A stretch of DNA of 56,409 bases, filler included, from Sphacelaria rigidula (taxonomy: Eukaryota), in NCBI GenBank assembly GCA_964200075.2. It is 4 parts of 4 records of this genome, joined end to end, with 100 filler letters (N's around TTAATTAATTAA, not from the genome) between each part and the next. Parts side by side here need not be neighbours in the genome. Positions count along the whole stretch, not along the records: positions 1 to 14,028 come from CAXNAA020002500.1; positions 14,129 to 28,156 come from CAXNAA020002501.1; 2 more parts are not named here. One strand, 5' to 3'. The notes under the pieces are model-generated. The model saw only the letters and a program-made list of their open reading frames with translations, had not been told where the DNA came from and made no database searches. The translations under genes were made by a program, and so were the position numbers. Shown one piece after another: positions 13,245 to 25,156 of the stretch. Numbering within the stretch: the first letter of the stretch is position 1; each line of letters opens with the position of its first letter.

Positions 13245-13459
13245 AATAATTTCACCGTTTGGTGATTCTTCTTCACACCATTCTTTAATTCTTTCAGGGG
13301 ATGCCGAATTCATTTTTACACATGCAAAAATCCTGCTTAGTAGTTTTTACGACTTTTTTCATTATTTTATACAAAAAAATAAAAATATTATACTTGAAAT
13401 TTTGAAAAAAAATATTCCCAAAGAAGTTTTGATCTAATATAAGTCATTAAATTAGTTTT
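13245..13459 (-). pseudogene. rpoC1: NUPT: plastid rpoC1 5' end with upstream spacer and probable rpoB 3' end
   Basis: Very AT-rich. ATG at 13362 gives MKKVVKTTKQDF, then after a frameshift VKMNSASPERIKEWCEEESPNGEII, matching the RpoC1 N-terminal motif xKIxLASPERIxxWxExxxPNGE. Confidence 0.8.
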
Positions 13460-13847
13460 GTCTGCCCACATATACCGAACGTTGTAGACCGGCGTCCAGA
13501 ATAGATGGGACGCCAACACACACACATTCGATAAGGCCGCTCCTTATGGCAGACAGATATAAAAATCTGGAAAAGTGCTTTTTCGGAGCTTCTACGTCGT
13601 TTACGCCCTAAAGAGAGCTGGGCGGGTTTTGACACCTTGGAGTATTTTGTTGTACTCGTTGAGATGGTTCCAGCACACCTGTGCGTTTTTGCTGTGGAGG
13701 CATTTTTTTCTTGTCGAAACTTGTATTTTTCTCGGAGATCGGTCATTTTTCTCGGAGACCGGTCAAGTCCAGATTTTTTTTCCGAGATTGGCCTGGACTT
13801 GACTAGTATCCGACAAAATGCAAGGTTGGCCGACAAAAAACTGCGAC

Positions 13848-14028
13848 CGCCGGGACGATTACCGAAGCGAATAGCATTCGGAACACTAGTCGGGGGGGAG
13901 GATTCAGGACCAGGGTGCCCGGAACAAAACTGGCTCAAGTGCCCGAGAGACGATCTCGACGCTTTCGGAGCCACAGACGGCTCTACGGACGACAACCGCC
14001 AGACGTTCGGAATTGACCGCGCCCTATG
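13848..14028 (+). mobile_element. RTE-type LINE fragment, cut by the gap
   Basis: GRLPKRIAFGTLVGGEDSGPGCPEQNWLKCPRDDLDAFG. Confidence 0.75.
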
Positions 14029-14128
14029 NNNNNNNNNNNNNNNNNNNNNNNNNNNNNNNNNNNNNNNNNNNNTTAATTAATTAANNNNNNNNNNNNNNNN
14101 NNNNNNNNNNNNNNNNNNNNNNNNNNNN
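14029..14128. other. Artificial contig linker N44-TTAATTAATTAA-N44
   Basis: Read directly; stop codons in all six frames. Confidence 0.98.
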
Positions 14129-14607
14129 CGTCCCGGCTTTGTAGGGATGCGAGGTCAATGGTCTGATGACTATGGCATGCATGATCATGAGTACACCTGG
14201 CTACTGGAAAACGCCGCATGTCACAGGACTGTCAGCCTGCGAAATTGTTCTGAGGCGACGCTCGCTGTCAAAGGGTCAACACCTACTCGCGACCTCAACC
14301 TTCTTTAATAATACCCATATCAGGGGACTGCGAAAACAATTTCAGGACACGTAGGCCCCAAGATCGAAAATTTAAGTTTTTGAGGAGGAAGGACACCCTG
14401 CCGTGTGTTCGCTGGTTTATTCCCGAAGCGTTGGCGGATGCGGTCAGCAGCTTTGGACAGTAGATATTCTTTAATATATTATGTATCATATGTCATAAAA
14501 TAGATGTATATTATAAGTCGATATAATATCGAAGTCGATATTATACATATGCTTCTTCTCCTTGACACATGCTATATACTACATCATATATTATATATGG
14601 ATATATA

Positions 14608-14890
14608 AAGGAGCAGAAGCAAACATACCCCGTGAAGCCCACCAGACTTCGATTTTGTCAATGTTCATTGATCATTTTTTTGCAACAAAGTTAACATGAA
14701 AATATCCAGGAAATCAGGATAATTTTAATTTTTGAAAAAATGCCCTCCGGCATCTGAGGTCATCAGGACATAGCGGGCAAGGAGTAGAAGAAGATATACG
14801 AACCCCGCAAAGCCCACCAGACTTTTCGGTTTCTGTCAGCGTTCATTGTCCAATTTCTTGTAACAAAATGAACAAAAAAAAGATATCAAA
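14608..14890. repeat. Imperfect ~105-bp direct repeat pair (14608 and 14779)
   Basis: AAGGAG(C/T)AGAAG...CCCC..AAGCCCACCAGACTT...GTTCATTG...CAAA occurs twice. Confidence 0.7.
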
Positions 14891-14998
14891 ACAGACAGGT
14901 TTTATTGATCAACTTCTTGCGACAAAGGACAAAAAAAATCGAAAAATCATGACAATTTCCGAGAAAATGCTTTCCAGGAAGGAGTGGGGGGTGGGGGG

Positions 14999-17505
14999 CT
15001 ACGTGTCCGGAATTTTTCTCCGCGCTGCCCCCTGCCCATATACGTGAAGTTTCAGCATCATCAAACACCAGGTGCACTGTGTTTGGACGCATACTCTCCC
15101 AAAATACGACCTCTGTATCGTCGATAAGGGAGAACGCTGACACACATTGCTACTCTGTAACGCTGAAACTTTGCTGCGGTTTCTACTCAGTATGGAGGGC
15201 GAGGCAGAGTGGCAAAAGCTGCACAAAAGGTCCCCTGGTTTGATGCGTGCAAGTAGCCCAACCAGTCGTCGTCTGTTAGCTTTTTTTTCTTCTCTATATT
15301 CATTTATTTGTCGCACTTTGAACCCCTCCCCTTCCTCACGACGAGTCCGTGGTCACATGGGATCAGCCCATCTCTCCCTAGTACACGCCTTGCATTTTGG
15401 TCTCGCGGATTGGGTCATGACTATCAGCACTCCCGCACCGTTCGCTGCAAATAGCTTTTCTTGAACGCCGCGAAAGCATCAACGTGCAATGTCCCGATCA
15501 TTCATTTCGCTGGTGCGCCATTCAGTGCACGTGTGTATGCCCGCCGGTCATGTTCATCCTTCCCGAAGGTAAGCACGGAATACACAAGTGACCGAGGACA
15601 TGAGTACTCACCACCGTTTTTTTGTTTCACGTACGGGACTGCCAGCCAAACTACTGTTCCGAGACTAATCTCGCCGTTTCACTGGTGCATGTACTTACTG
15701 TCAGCACGTACTGTTCGTCGCATCTTTTCCTGACGCCCCTCACCTCGCCGCCTCCTCTGTTTTCTTTTCATTGTGTCTATTTTGACGTAAATTTGGTGCG
15801 CAGAAAGCTGTTGGAAGCATCAAGGATGATTTCCTCGGACTCGTATCTGGGCCTGTATAGCGATTGTCAAGTGTGGTGCAGGGTGTTCACTAGTGTTCAC
15901 TACAATGGGCACGGGATCTTGCCGGGCAAAGGTTAATCCCTATTGTATGTACTCGTAGCGTTTGTTTTCTCGTGGTAGTAGAAAGTGCGTGGAAGTGTCG
16001 ACGTGTAAATTTTGGGGGGGTCAACGCTGCTGTTTTATTGCTGTTGGAGGCGGCGTATACCAGCACATGCAACCAGCCGTTTTGGATTCGGTGCGGTGAG
16101 GGGCGGAGGATAGCATGAGCATGAGGCTGCGGGAGCTGCCAAAGCAACGTTGCTCTAAAAGTGCACTACATCTGTACAATTTCATCAAGGTTTTTGTGAT
16201 GTAGTGCCCAAGCAGATGAGAGTGAGTAGAGGTCCATTGGTGAATGAACTAAATATTTTCAGTTCCTAAATGCCGCGCCGGGCCTCATGTTTCTGTAGTA
16301 GCTTGCCACTGAAGCGTTTGATATCCCTGATTAGGGTATCGATGTGTAGCTGTAAGCGTACGGGGGTGTTACAGGCAAAGAAAAGCACAGGCAAGGTGAA
16401 ATATTGGTCGTATTTTGGCGAATAATGAAAACCCCTCTCGATCAACGCAAGACTCTCGATCTCACGAAAGTATTGTTTATTGTGCTCTTCAGGGGCATTT
16501 ATGTTGTTATCGAGATCAGTGCCTACGGGTAAGTGATGAAAACGGTCGTGTCGTGTGAAGCCGTGATCGCGTACTGGGGGCGATGGCAAATGGTAAAAAC
16601 ACCGATGGCGCTTCCTTGCTTGCAGGTTGCACTGAAATGTAATGTAGTGTAATCTGAAATCCATAAATTTGTATAGTACATGGGCTTCGGAAAGTTATCC
16701 GTTGTTCTGGCGGAGAAGGGAACGTCATGGACTCCAAATTTCTGAGGAAGGTATGAGACAGATGCTGCTGCTGCTGCTGCTGCTGCTGGCCGCGTCATTC
16801 GCGGGAATATCTACGACGATGGTATATGCGCGGCAAATGCCTTTCTGCACAGGCGTTGTTTCTCCACCCACTGTAAAAACAACTGCAACCATCGTTATAT
16901 TATTCTGAATTCTCCCCCAGATGAAAAGCCTGTCCGTTTCGTGGTCAATTACTCCGATCTCCGATATCTCCTGTTGGAATGGGTGTCGCAATGGGTGCCG
17001 CCTGAATTTTGAAACTTTGCACGATGGCGACCCCGCACATTCCGCACTCTATGTCATTCGTCCTTCGACTCCCTCGCCGACGTTCCGGCGTTGCGGTCGC
17101 GACAGTATTGTGCATCGCGGAACCCTTCCTATATGGAACGCACATCGGCAGAGTGCTTTCAACCTTGCTTAGCGGTGCCACACATTCACTGGTGTCGTCG
17201 AAACTCCAGTCTCAACTTTTTGGGCGTTGGTCCAGGTTGGCCTTGAAAAATATGGCCTACTCACGGGGGCTGGGATATCGGATCCGTTGTACTATATTAG
17301 ATGGACGGCGTTGATATATTCCTTTGGGCGAGACTTCGAGGGGAAACGGTTCGAGCCTGTCTACACTATATATCACTCTGCCTGATGGTTTGGCACCTCT
17401 TTCCAGAACAATATCACTGGCTATGAAATCCGACGCCGGTACAATCCGTAAGCCTACGAGTAGCCCAAGCTGAGCATTCCCAATGGAAACATACGGGCTG
17501 TGCAT
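14999..17505 (-). pseudogene. Heavily decayed coding remnant, probably transposon-derived
   Basis: Chain of protein-like minus-strand fragments broken by stops and frameshifts, with Cys/His clusters (CGMCG, SCSC/CMC...RHFHAL, RPKCKAC...FCH). Confidence 0.35.
16763..16788. repeat. (CTG)n microsatellite
   Basis: Read directly. Confidence 0.9.
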
Positions 17506-20213
17506 TACGGGGCCCCAAAACTTGGATATTTTTCAAACCTTTTTTTACAGTGGTCGACCCAAGCAGTCGCTCTTGACATTTTGAAAGGCCCACTCACCTA
17601 GCTACTTGTACTCGAATCAGCTTGTATATTTCTAAAAGTGGGCGCCGGGCGACCTACCGTATCCGGTCGAATACTCGTCCTAAGTGACACCACAACAGCA
17701 GTGGTCACGGGTTATTTATTCGGCACGGAGAAATGGTTCGGAACCGCACACCATCCTATTTCCCTTCATTCTCGCATGAATGTGCATCAAACCTTCTTGC
17801 GACGTCGTTGATTATTACTCGAGTTTTCGTTTTTCCTCGCCAAGCGGTCTGCTTGTCCGAGTGGAGCTGGTGCATCGCCAAAACATTACTACCCGCCACC
17901 CAAGAAACATTGGTTTTAGTTGGTCACCCGTGGAATGACCTAATTACTTCTTCCGCACATGAGTTGAATGGGGAGTTCCGCGCGAAAAAACAAGAAAAAC
18001 ACAGGCCTGTTTAGTATACCGATCGTACGTGTCTGTAAAGGGAAAACATGCGCGGCGGCTACAGCACTGTCTGTACACAGTGAAAGAAGGTACAACAGGT
18101 ACGGTGGAGGAAAGTCAGTATTATACAACTACTGACTGTTACTGTTGTTATAGAACAGCACAGTCAGCACTTTTCGGAATAGCTCTACAGATACGAATTT
18201 TTCGGTCTCAAATGGAGGCGTGTCTGATGTGCAGTTTGCAGAACAGACAGGAAAAATCGGAGGGGGTGTTATCTGACATTTTTCTGTTGTTTCAGGGTCA
18301 GCCAATTTGCTTCAGGCATCCTCCACAGCCAACGTCTAATCGAACTTGTGGCTGCTTGCTCTTGTGTGTTTCTCCGATCGATTGGTGTGCTTCGTTGGTT
18401 TCAATCCAGAGAGCAGCGCAACCATAAAGTGCAATTGACGTACGTTTATATCTGTTCGTCCGTTGTGTCTGATTTTCGGAACAGCATTTTTTTCGTAAAG
18501 AAAAACACTCGCGCGGTGGTGGCCTTTCATCATACCATCACCAAGTATAGTTAGTTGGCGTCGCCGACTTGGGAGACAAAGGCGGAGCGCGGGACACGAA
18601 AACCTACCATTGCGGAGAGGTCTCAAGGACAGGGTGTCCAGGTGCGGGAGTAGCTGATATGACTGTACAGGGACAGGAGGTAGTGTTCTGAAATCGAGAC
18701 GTGTTATATCGGAACTTTTTTTGTCTCGCGTGCCCATCAGCGAGCCTGAGTTTTTTGCGGATTTTTTGGCATGGTGAGCGGTACATCTGGAGAAGGCGAG
18801 GGGAGGGGCAGACAAGAGAAGACATATATGCCAGAGCTGAGCATGCTAAGCTAAATATCACCCAGCTCTGGCTTTACGTCTCGGTAGCGTTGGCGTTGTG
18901 CCGCATTTGTGCATGTCTGTAGAGTTACGGCTCATTTTGGATCTCTCTGAAAAGTTGTTCTGTAAATCTCAAAACATCACTCACGACTCACTGCTGCCGC
19001 AGAGGGCGTTGGTGGTCGCCTCGGGGGGCCAAACCGAGCCTGTTCTCTGTTTGGATTAATGTGCTCCGTCTGGGCCGCACCGCACTCGATTTTCATTGCT
19101 ATCATAGCTTCGGCAAAGGTTGAAGTGTAGTGTTGCGCCCGCGTTGTCCAAGCCGCGAAGAACGCCGGTGCACACATTCATCACCGTTCCGTCTTCGTGA
19201 AAGAAGTCCTGGGCGATGTGCTCAGATATATATTTCATAATTGTTTCGCTTGGCAGTTGTACACCTATTACACCCAACCTCGACGGCCTTGTGACGCGTC
19301 ACATCGCTCGTGTGTGGCCTGTAGGTCGTCCGCTACTTCGTCATGCATGGTTGCTTTTCCGCGCACAATCCCGGTGGTGAAGACACTAGCTTGCATTCAG
19401 TATCTGAATTTCAATTGCGTAGTCGGCGCCGGAGGGTGAGGGGGGTGTTGTTGTGCGAGAACGACAAGGATAACGCGCTTTGCATTTTTGCGCCCTTCGT
19501 CTAGACGTGTGTTTTTTCCTTCTTCCCTGCTGCTGCACCGTATTACTGCATTGACTACTGTGTTGAGACGAAACAGCACTGCCGTGTACGCGCGCGTTAT
19601 ATTAGCGCAGGTCAAAGCACGACTCATACACGAGTTGCGAGTGTATGCTCACTCGTTACCGCGCTCAAACAGTACATGGACCGAGCGACTGCGGAAGGAT
19701 CCATGCACATCACATACATCACACCACCGCTGCCACCGACAACGTGAAACGAACGCACCCAGCGTAACTGTTCTGTAAATCAATAAGCGTCTCTGTTCGT
19801 TGTGTGCTGTGCTGCAGTCATCCGCCAGCTTTGTATGCTCTGGATATGTAAATTTACCAGCCCCCCTCCCCAACCGCCCCGCCTCAACCACCGTGCCCGA
19901 TATTTCAACATCACGGTAGAGGGAGGGACACAGCATTCGACTCTGCACACACGCGTCGGCAGATTTACCGATAAAAAGTGGTACACATCTGGTATAAGGG
20001 CGGAGGAAAATTCTCAGCAAACAGGAAACGAGGCTCGCTGCTACTACCACTGCCCTAGACTTGCGGCGGCGTGGAAGACGAGCGCCGGTCCATTGCCCCT
20101 CCAGCCCTCCTCATTTCTCGGTCATCAACTTGAGCTATCCTGGCAACTTCATCCTGGGTCCTCAGATATAGAGAAGCGAGACGGTACTAGCAGGTTCCCA
20201 TCAACTGTGAGAT

Positions 20214-20588
20214 ATGGCCGCGGCCGTTTCACCGAGTGCGGCGGGCGACGGACACCAAGTGGACGTGGAGGAAAACAGCCAGACGATCGAGGTTGGGACG
20301 TCGCCGGTGGCCGAGAGGATGCCTGAGTCGCGGACGGTGCGGATGACGTCTGAGTCGCCAGCAGTGGAGAAACTTCCTCAGTCGTCGGTGGCGAAAATCT
20401 CTGAATCGCCGGCAGTGGAGAAGATGTCCCAGTCACCACCGGCCAAGAGGACGTCTGAGTCGCCGGCGGGTGATGCTAATCTGCACACCGCTCCCGACGG
20501 GCAGGAGGAGAGCGTTGTGAACGGGGGCGAAGACCAGACGGAAGACGTGGATGTTGGGTTGGAGCCACGCCCCACCGAGGCAAGCGAG
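20214..20588 (+). CDS. Probable first coding exon, S/P/E-rich with SESPAVEK repeats; possibly the N-terminus of the HSF gene
   Basis: GC-rich coding-like frame from an ATG; internal 51-54-nt repeats; phase-0 donor GAG|gtgtgt at 20588. Confidence 0.45.
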
Positions 20589-20983
20589 GTGTGTAGCGTG
20601 AGTGCGGTACAGTAGCTGGTTTTTACTTCTCTCAGGGTTAATTGAAGTATATGTCGAAAAATACCTCTGACCCGCCAAGATAGACTCCCGATTGACCACT
20701 GGCTGTGAAAAATAACTGCTTCGGTGAAACACACTACAGCGCATGCGAGTCAGAAGTTGGGAATACATGGCATATTGTCGTTGGGGGCGGTGCTCGCGAA
20801 GAGAGAGGGAGCTACCCAGCTACAATGTCGCCGTCACCGCTGCTGACAAATCAGCCGTCTGCACTGTTCTGAAAGGAGGGCGAGTGCATATGGGTCCAAA
20901 CGCCCATTGTTGCTGCTTCAAAAATTTGTTCTATTTCCTGTGGGCCCGTAGTTTTTTTGGAGATTTGTGTTTTCCGTGCGTTA

Positions 20984-21342
20984 GGCCGCTTCTTATAATG
21001 GACAAAAATAAAAAACCTGGAAAAGTGTCTTTTTGGAGCTTTTACGTCGTTTTACGGCCCAAAAGAGAACTAGGAGGAGTTTGACACCTTGGAATGACTT
21101 GCTCTACTAGTTCAGGCGGTTCCAGGATATGTTCGCGTTTTCCGGTGGCCACAGTTTTCATTTTGACTAAACAAGAGTTGCCCTTTAAGAATGGTAAAAA
21201 ACAGTCAAGTCCAGAGAAAAGTGGAATTTTTTTCTGGACTTGACTGTTTTTAACGGTTCCTGCACAAAATTTCTTCTTTGGCCAAAATGAAAACTGTGGC
21301 CACCGGAAAACGGGAAGATGTTGTCTGTTAGAAGAAGCGGCC
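20984..21342. mobile_element. MITE with GGCCGCTTCTT TIRs and degenerate TTAA-like flanks
   Basis: GGCCGCTTCTTA...GAAGAAGCGGCC; a homologous left end lies at 13533-13720. Confidence 0.6.
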
Positions 21343-21346
21343 TTGA

Positions 21347-21443
21347 CCCTTATACCGCTAGGGTAGGTCACTTGCTGAATGGGCATCAATTTCACTAGAA
21401 GTACGCGTGATTCAGATTTACTACCCACAACGCGGTTTAAGGG
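21347..21443. mobile_element. piggyBac-type mini-MITE (97 bp)
   Basis: ttga|CCCTTATACCGC...GCGGTTTAAGGG|ttaa. Confidence 0.6.
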
Positions 21444-23199
21444 TTAATGGGCGATAAAATAAGCATGGACTGTTGACAGGATTGATCGTTGCATCTTACG
21501 GGAGCGGGAATCACCACACTGGACAAGCGTGCACCCCCGTAACTTACGAGCTGGTCCAACCGAGACGCGAATTTGTAGTTTGTAGGCCCCGTCTTGACTC
21601 AATTTTGAGAGTTGGACTTTCAGTATAATACCGTCAACTCATGCAACAAGGAAAAAAAACTTTCCGTGCCGCGATTTTTTTTATTTTATCATGCTCTATT
21701 TAGTCTCCGTACGAAAAGTTACAGTCCAACGCTCACAATTGAGGTAAGACCGGGAGATTTAGAAATCAGGCCGATCGAGAATCGGAACAGTATTTTGCCG
21801 GCCATTGACCGGTCCAGGTTGGGTGCTTGTGTTGGAAATCTCGTGTGGGGCGTCGCTAGGGCATAATGAATCAACTAGAAGGGGACAGCTTGAATTTTCA
21901 TTTTTTCCATGAATTGCGGACGTTTCAGTATCAGTAAGGACCATTTTTTCACGACAGCGCCCGTAGCTCTCCAAAGAAAAAACGAAAGGAAGGCCCAGTT
22001 TTTTTTTTCATGCCTTTGCGATTCTCTATTCTAAGACCCACTTTTATGGCAAACGAATCTCGATTTTTTGGGACCGCGATTTCGAAAAAATCGGAGGGAC
22101 TCAAATTCGTGAACTCAAAATCGGGGGGACCGTTTTTTTGCACAGACAGTACAGTATCACAGATTTGTGAAACGGTCTGTACACAGACGGTCATTTTTTG
22201 CATGAGAGTGGTACTGCGTGCTCGTGCATGAAGCCGAAGAGCAGGCAGGAAACAATCCTTCGAGTACAGTATCGCACCTTGATACCCCAGGGGAATATAG
22301 TGCAGGACACTTCATGAGTACAGTACATGATAATGCCGTGTGGTCGTACATGACGGCACAGTCGGTATTGCGAGAACAGAGAACAAACAGGGCGCGAGCA
22401 GAGTTCAGTCGTGCAGTGCCGTACATCACCCCTCAAGTACAGCGACAACAGCTGGGAGAGTACAGTAGCGTTCGTTTTTGTGATCAACACGACAGCGCAG
22501 CGCAGCATCAAATATTACCATCGCCGCAGGGCACGGCGTCAGCATGTATTATCCGCTCGTCAAACCCCGTGCTAAGTAGTTTCAGCAGCTGCGGCGGGCA
22601 GTGGTCATGCCCTATGCTGTCACGAAACTGTCTTCTGCTGCCGTTGCAAAAATATCAAACGCCTCGTATTCTGGCAGTGTACGTCAATGCGCGTACGTCA
22701 CCTCAAAAAAATCGGGGGGAGTCACGATCTCGGAACGATTTCCCCCGATTTTTTCGCCACGATCTGGTTCAAATCCGTGTCCATGAAATGCGTTCCCCGA
22801 TTTTGAAAAAATCGGGATTCATGCCTGCCATAAAAGTGAGTCTAAGTTTCAAATCACAACTCCTGGAGTTGAGCTGGAAAACTAAGATAACGGCCAAGAC
22901 CGATGTTCATATTTCCTTGAAGCGCCCCAAAAGGCTAAAAAAAATAAGTAAAAAACCTCGGGAATGTCATGATTCTGTTCTTCATGTCCCAGCGATTTTC
23001 CACGCCAAATTCATGACACAATTTTTTCTCCGAAATCAAGACTGGGACGCGAAATTCAGATTTGGTGCATCTAGTGCCTCTGTGCGTAATACAGTGGTTT
23101 TAGTATTCAATATTATGTGCGCTATATCTCGAACAGTAGGACAGTACACTCGCTGCCGCCTTTCTCCGAACAGCTGTCGTAGTCGTCTATGAGGGTGCC

Positions 23200-23560
23200 T
23201 GGGGTTATTTTTTGTTTTTGAGTTGAACCCTGACATGGTGGCCATGCTAATCTCCTTGTGTCACCTGTCTTTTCCTGTTTTGTCCTTTATTAGCTTCTCT
23301 CTTCCTTGCTTTCGGTGTACATTTTTGACATATCTGGCGTTTGTTTGTTTTTCTTTCTTTCTTTCTTTCTTTCTTTCTTTTCTCTCCCCGTTGAACTCGG
23401 GGGAGGTACTTCTCACCGGTTTTCGTTGCGTCTCTCTTCTTATTTTTATTTTTAGTAATGTCTTGTAAGGAATAGCAGGGACGGTATTGGAAAGGCGAGC
23501 CTACGTCTGTGACCACGGGTTCGCGAGGTTGGACTAATGTGCGGAAATAATAATATTAAT
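23200..23560 (+). mobile_element. Probable LINE 3' UTR with (AAT)n tail
   Basis: Pyrimidine-rich stretch ending GGACTAATGTGCGGAAATAATAAT; the same terminus occurs reversed at 56374-56409. Confidence 0.5.
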
Positions 23561-24270
23561 ATGTAGAAATATTAAAATAATTAGGTGAAGGTAAGGATAC
23601 CGATCGTTCCCCGTACTCCAGGGAATGTCCACACCAAAACTCGCCCATCATCTGCTGTATATGTCGTTCGGGGTTTCATACGGGCTTTAGTGTAAACCCT
23701 TTTCTCCGTAAGGTATAAACTCTTTCTCCTTAAGGTATAGGAATTACTATACATGGTGCCTAATCAACAAGAAAAAATGGTCCACACTCGAGAGCACAGG
23801 AGCATCTTCCCTGTGATCAGGTGGTTCCCAATCTTGATGCGGATCATGGCCCGACTCGTCTGTGTCGATGAGATTGCCTTGAGAGCTTGAACCCGGGCCT
23901 AGGGTGGACCAACTCGTGACGAATTTAGGAAAAGACGAGGCAAAATCTATGTTCGTGATTCTTGCCCAAGTATTCGTCTGCAGCTTTTTTGGCGAAACCT
24001 CCCCCCCCTGCCCCTCTGAATGCTCGTCCGTTCAGCGTCCACCTGAGGACCTGGGCAATCCAAGGGGTAGCACCTGGCGCTCATACAGTATTGACAGCTA
24101 GCTGGCTTCTGAGTGTGATATTACTGGCGTGATTGTTCAGACAGTCGAAGTTTGCGGTGACATGAAAGTCGACGGGGCCTCCCCTTCCTCCAGCAGGTAA
24201 CGCAAAGTGTTGATCCAAGGAGTAATTTCATCGTGGTGGGTTATTATTGCGCTCGTCGGACAGCTCATGG

Positions 24271-24430
24271 TTGAGTGATTGATTGAGTGTCGTACTTGAA
24301 CTGACCCCCCCAGGGGTCCAGCTGTGGTCTCATGATGGACGTACCCAACAAAAACGAAACTGAAACACGCTCTGAGAATACAAGAAGGAACAGAGGGGGA
24401 AAAAAAAGTCGAAGAGAACGACACAGCAGA
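24271..24430 (-). mobile_element. RTE-LINE 3' terminal fragment
   Basis: Reverse complement of the 3411-3498 terminus, including the TCAA-like tail. Confidence 0.75.
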
Positions 24431-25156
24431 CCCAAGTCTGAGCTTACCTGAAATAACTAGTCGAAGAGGACCCTCGGATTATTCGTACAAAAATACAACA
24501 TACGTGATAGTAGGGTCCGAGAAGCCAAAGCACTACCTCTGTGGTACTCCTCGTTCTCGGCGTCCAGCGCTGCAGGGAGCACATATGGAAAGAGGGAACG
24601 ATGGGCTAGCTCTTGGTCCGGATCAGTGCACTCCTGAGGAGTATTATTTACGTTGCTTATGAGCTGTCCGACGAGCGGATTGTTGAGTACCTCTATGCTT
24701 CTCTGACACGCTCGCTCTTGACCACAAAGTCGTTCACACCATGCGAGCGGTACTGTACAGTTGAACGCCAGCGACCGTCTTACATGTCACGATGACACTA
24801 TTGTATATTCGAAGTATTTTCGGCTAGCATCGGATGGGCTAGATTCGCGAACGCCGGGGTAGTTGCGAAGCGAGTCAGTATCGTGGCTGTTGACGAATGT
24901 CCACGTGTAGGAATCTCCAGCAGTCAGCCTCCCGTAAGCGCCGGCGCTCGTGGCCTACCCACCTCTTGAACGTATTTCTTGATTTTCCACTTTTTGTTTT
25001 TAGGATACCTCACTTTGTGTTCTTCGTAGTGTTGAAAGCTGCTGTTGTTCTGCGTTTCTGTTTTTTTTGCTGCGCAAAAATTCTTGAGAAGAAACGTAGT
25101 GTTGTCTATACCAGGCACCGTCCCGCCCACTCGACCCCTGTACAGAACAAATTCTC

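Larger units (their letters stand above)
12813..13525 (+). mobile_element. tRNA-derived SINE interrupted by plastid DNA
   Basis: A box TGGCTCAGTTGG (12824-12835), B box GGTTCAAAGC (12868-12877); body matches the copy at 77-285; ends in (CA)n; split by an insert at 13107-13459. Confidence 0.75.

Noticed and set aside
22218-23192. 324-aa ORF
   Set aside because: Runs across repeat-like non-coding sequence with no motif or coding bias.
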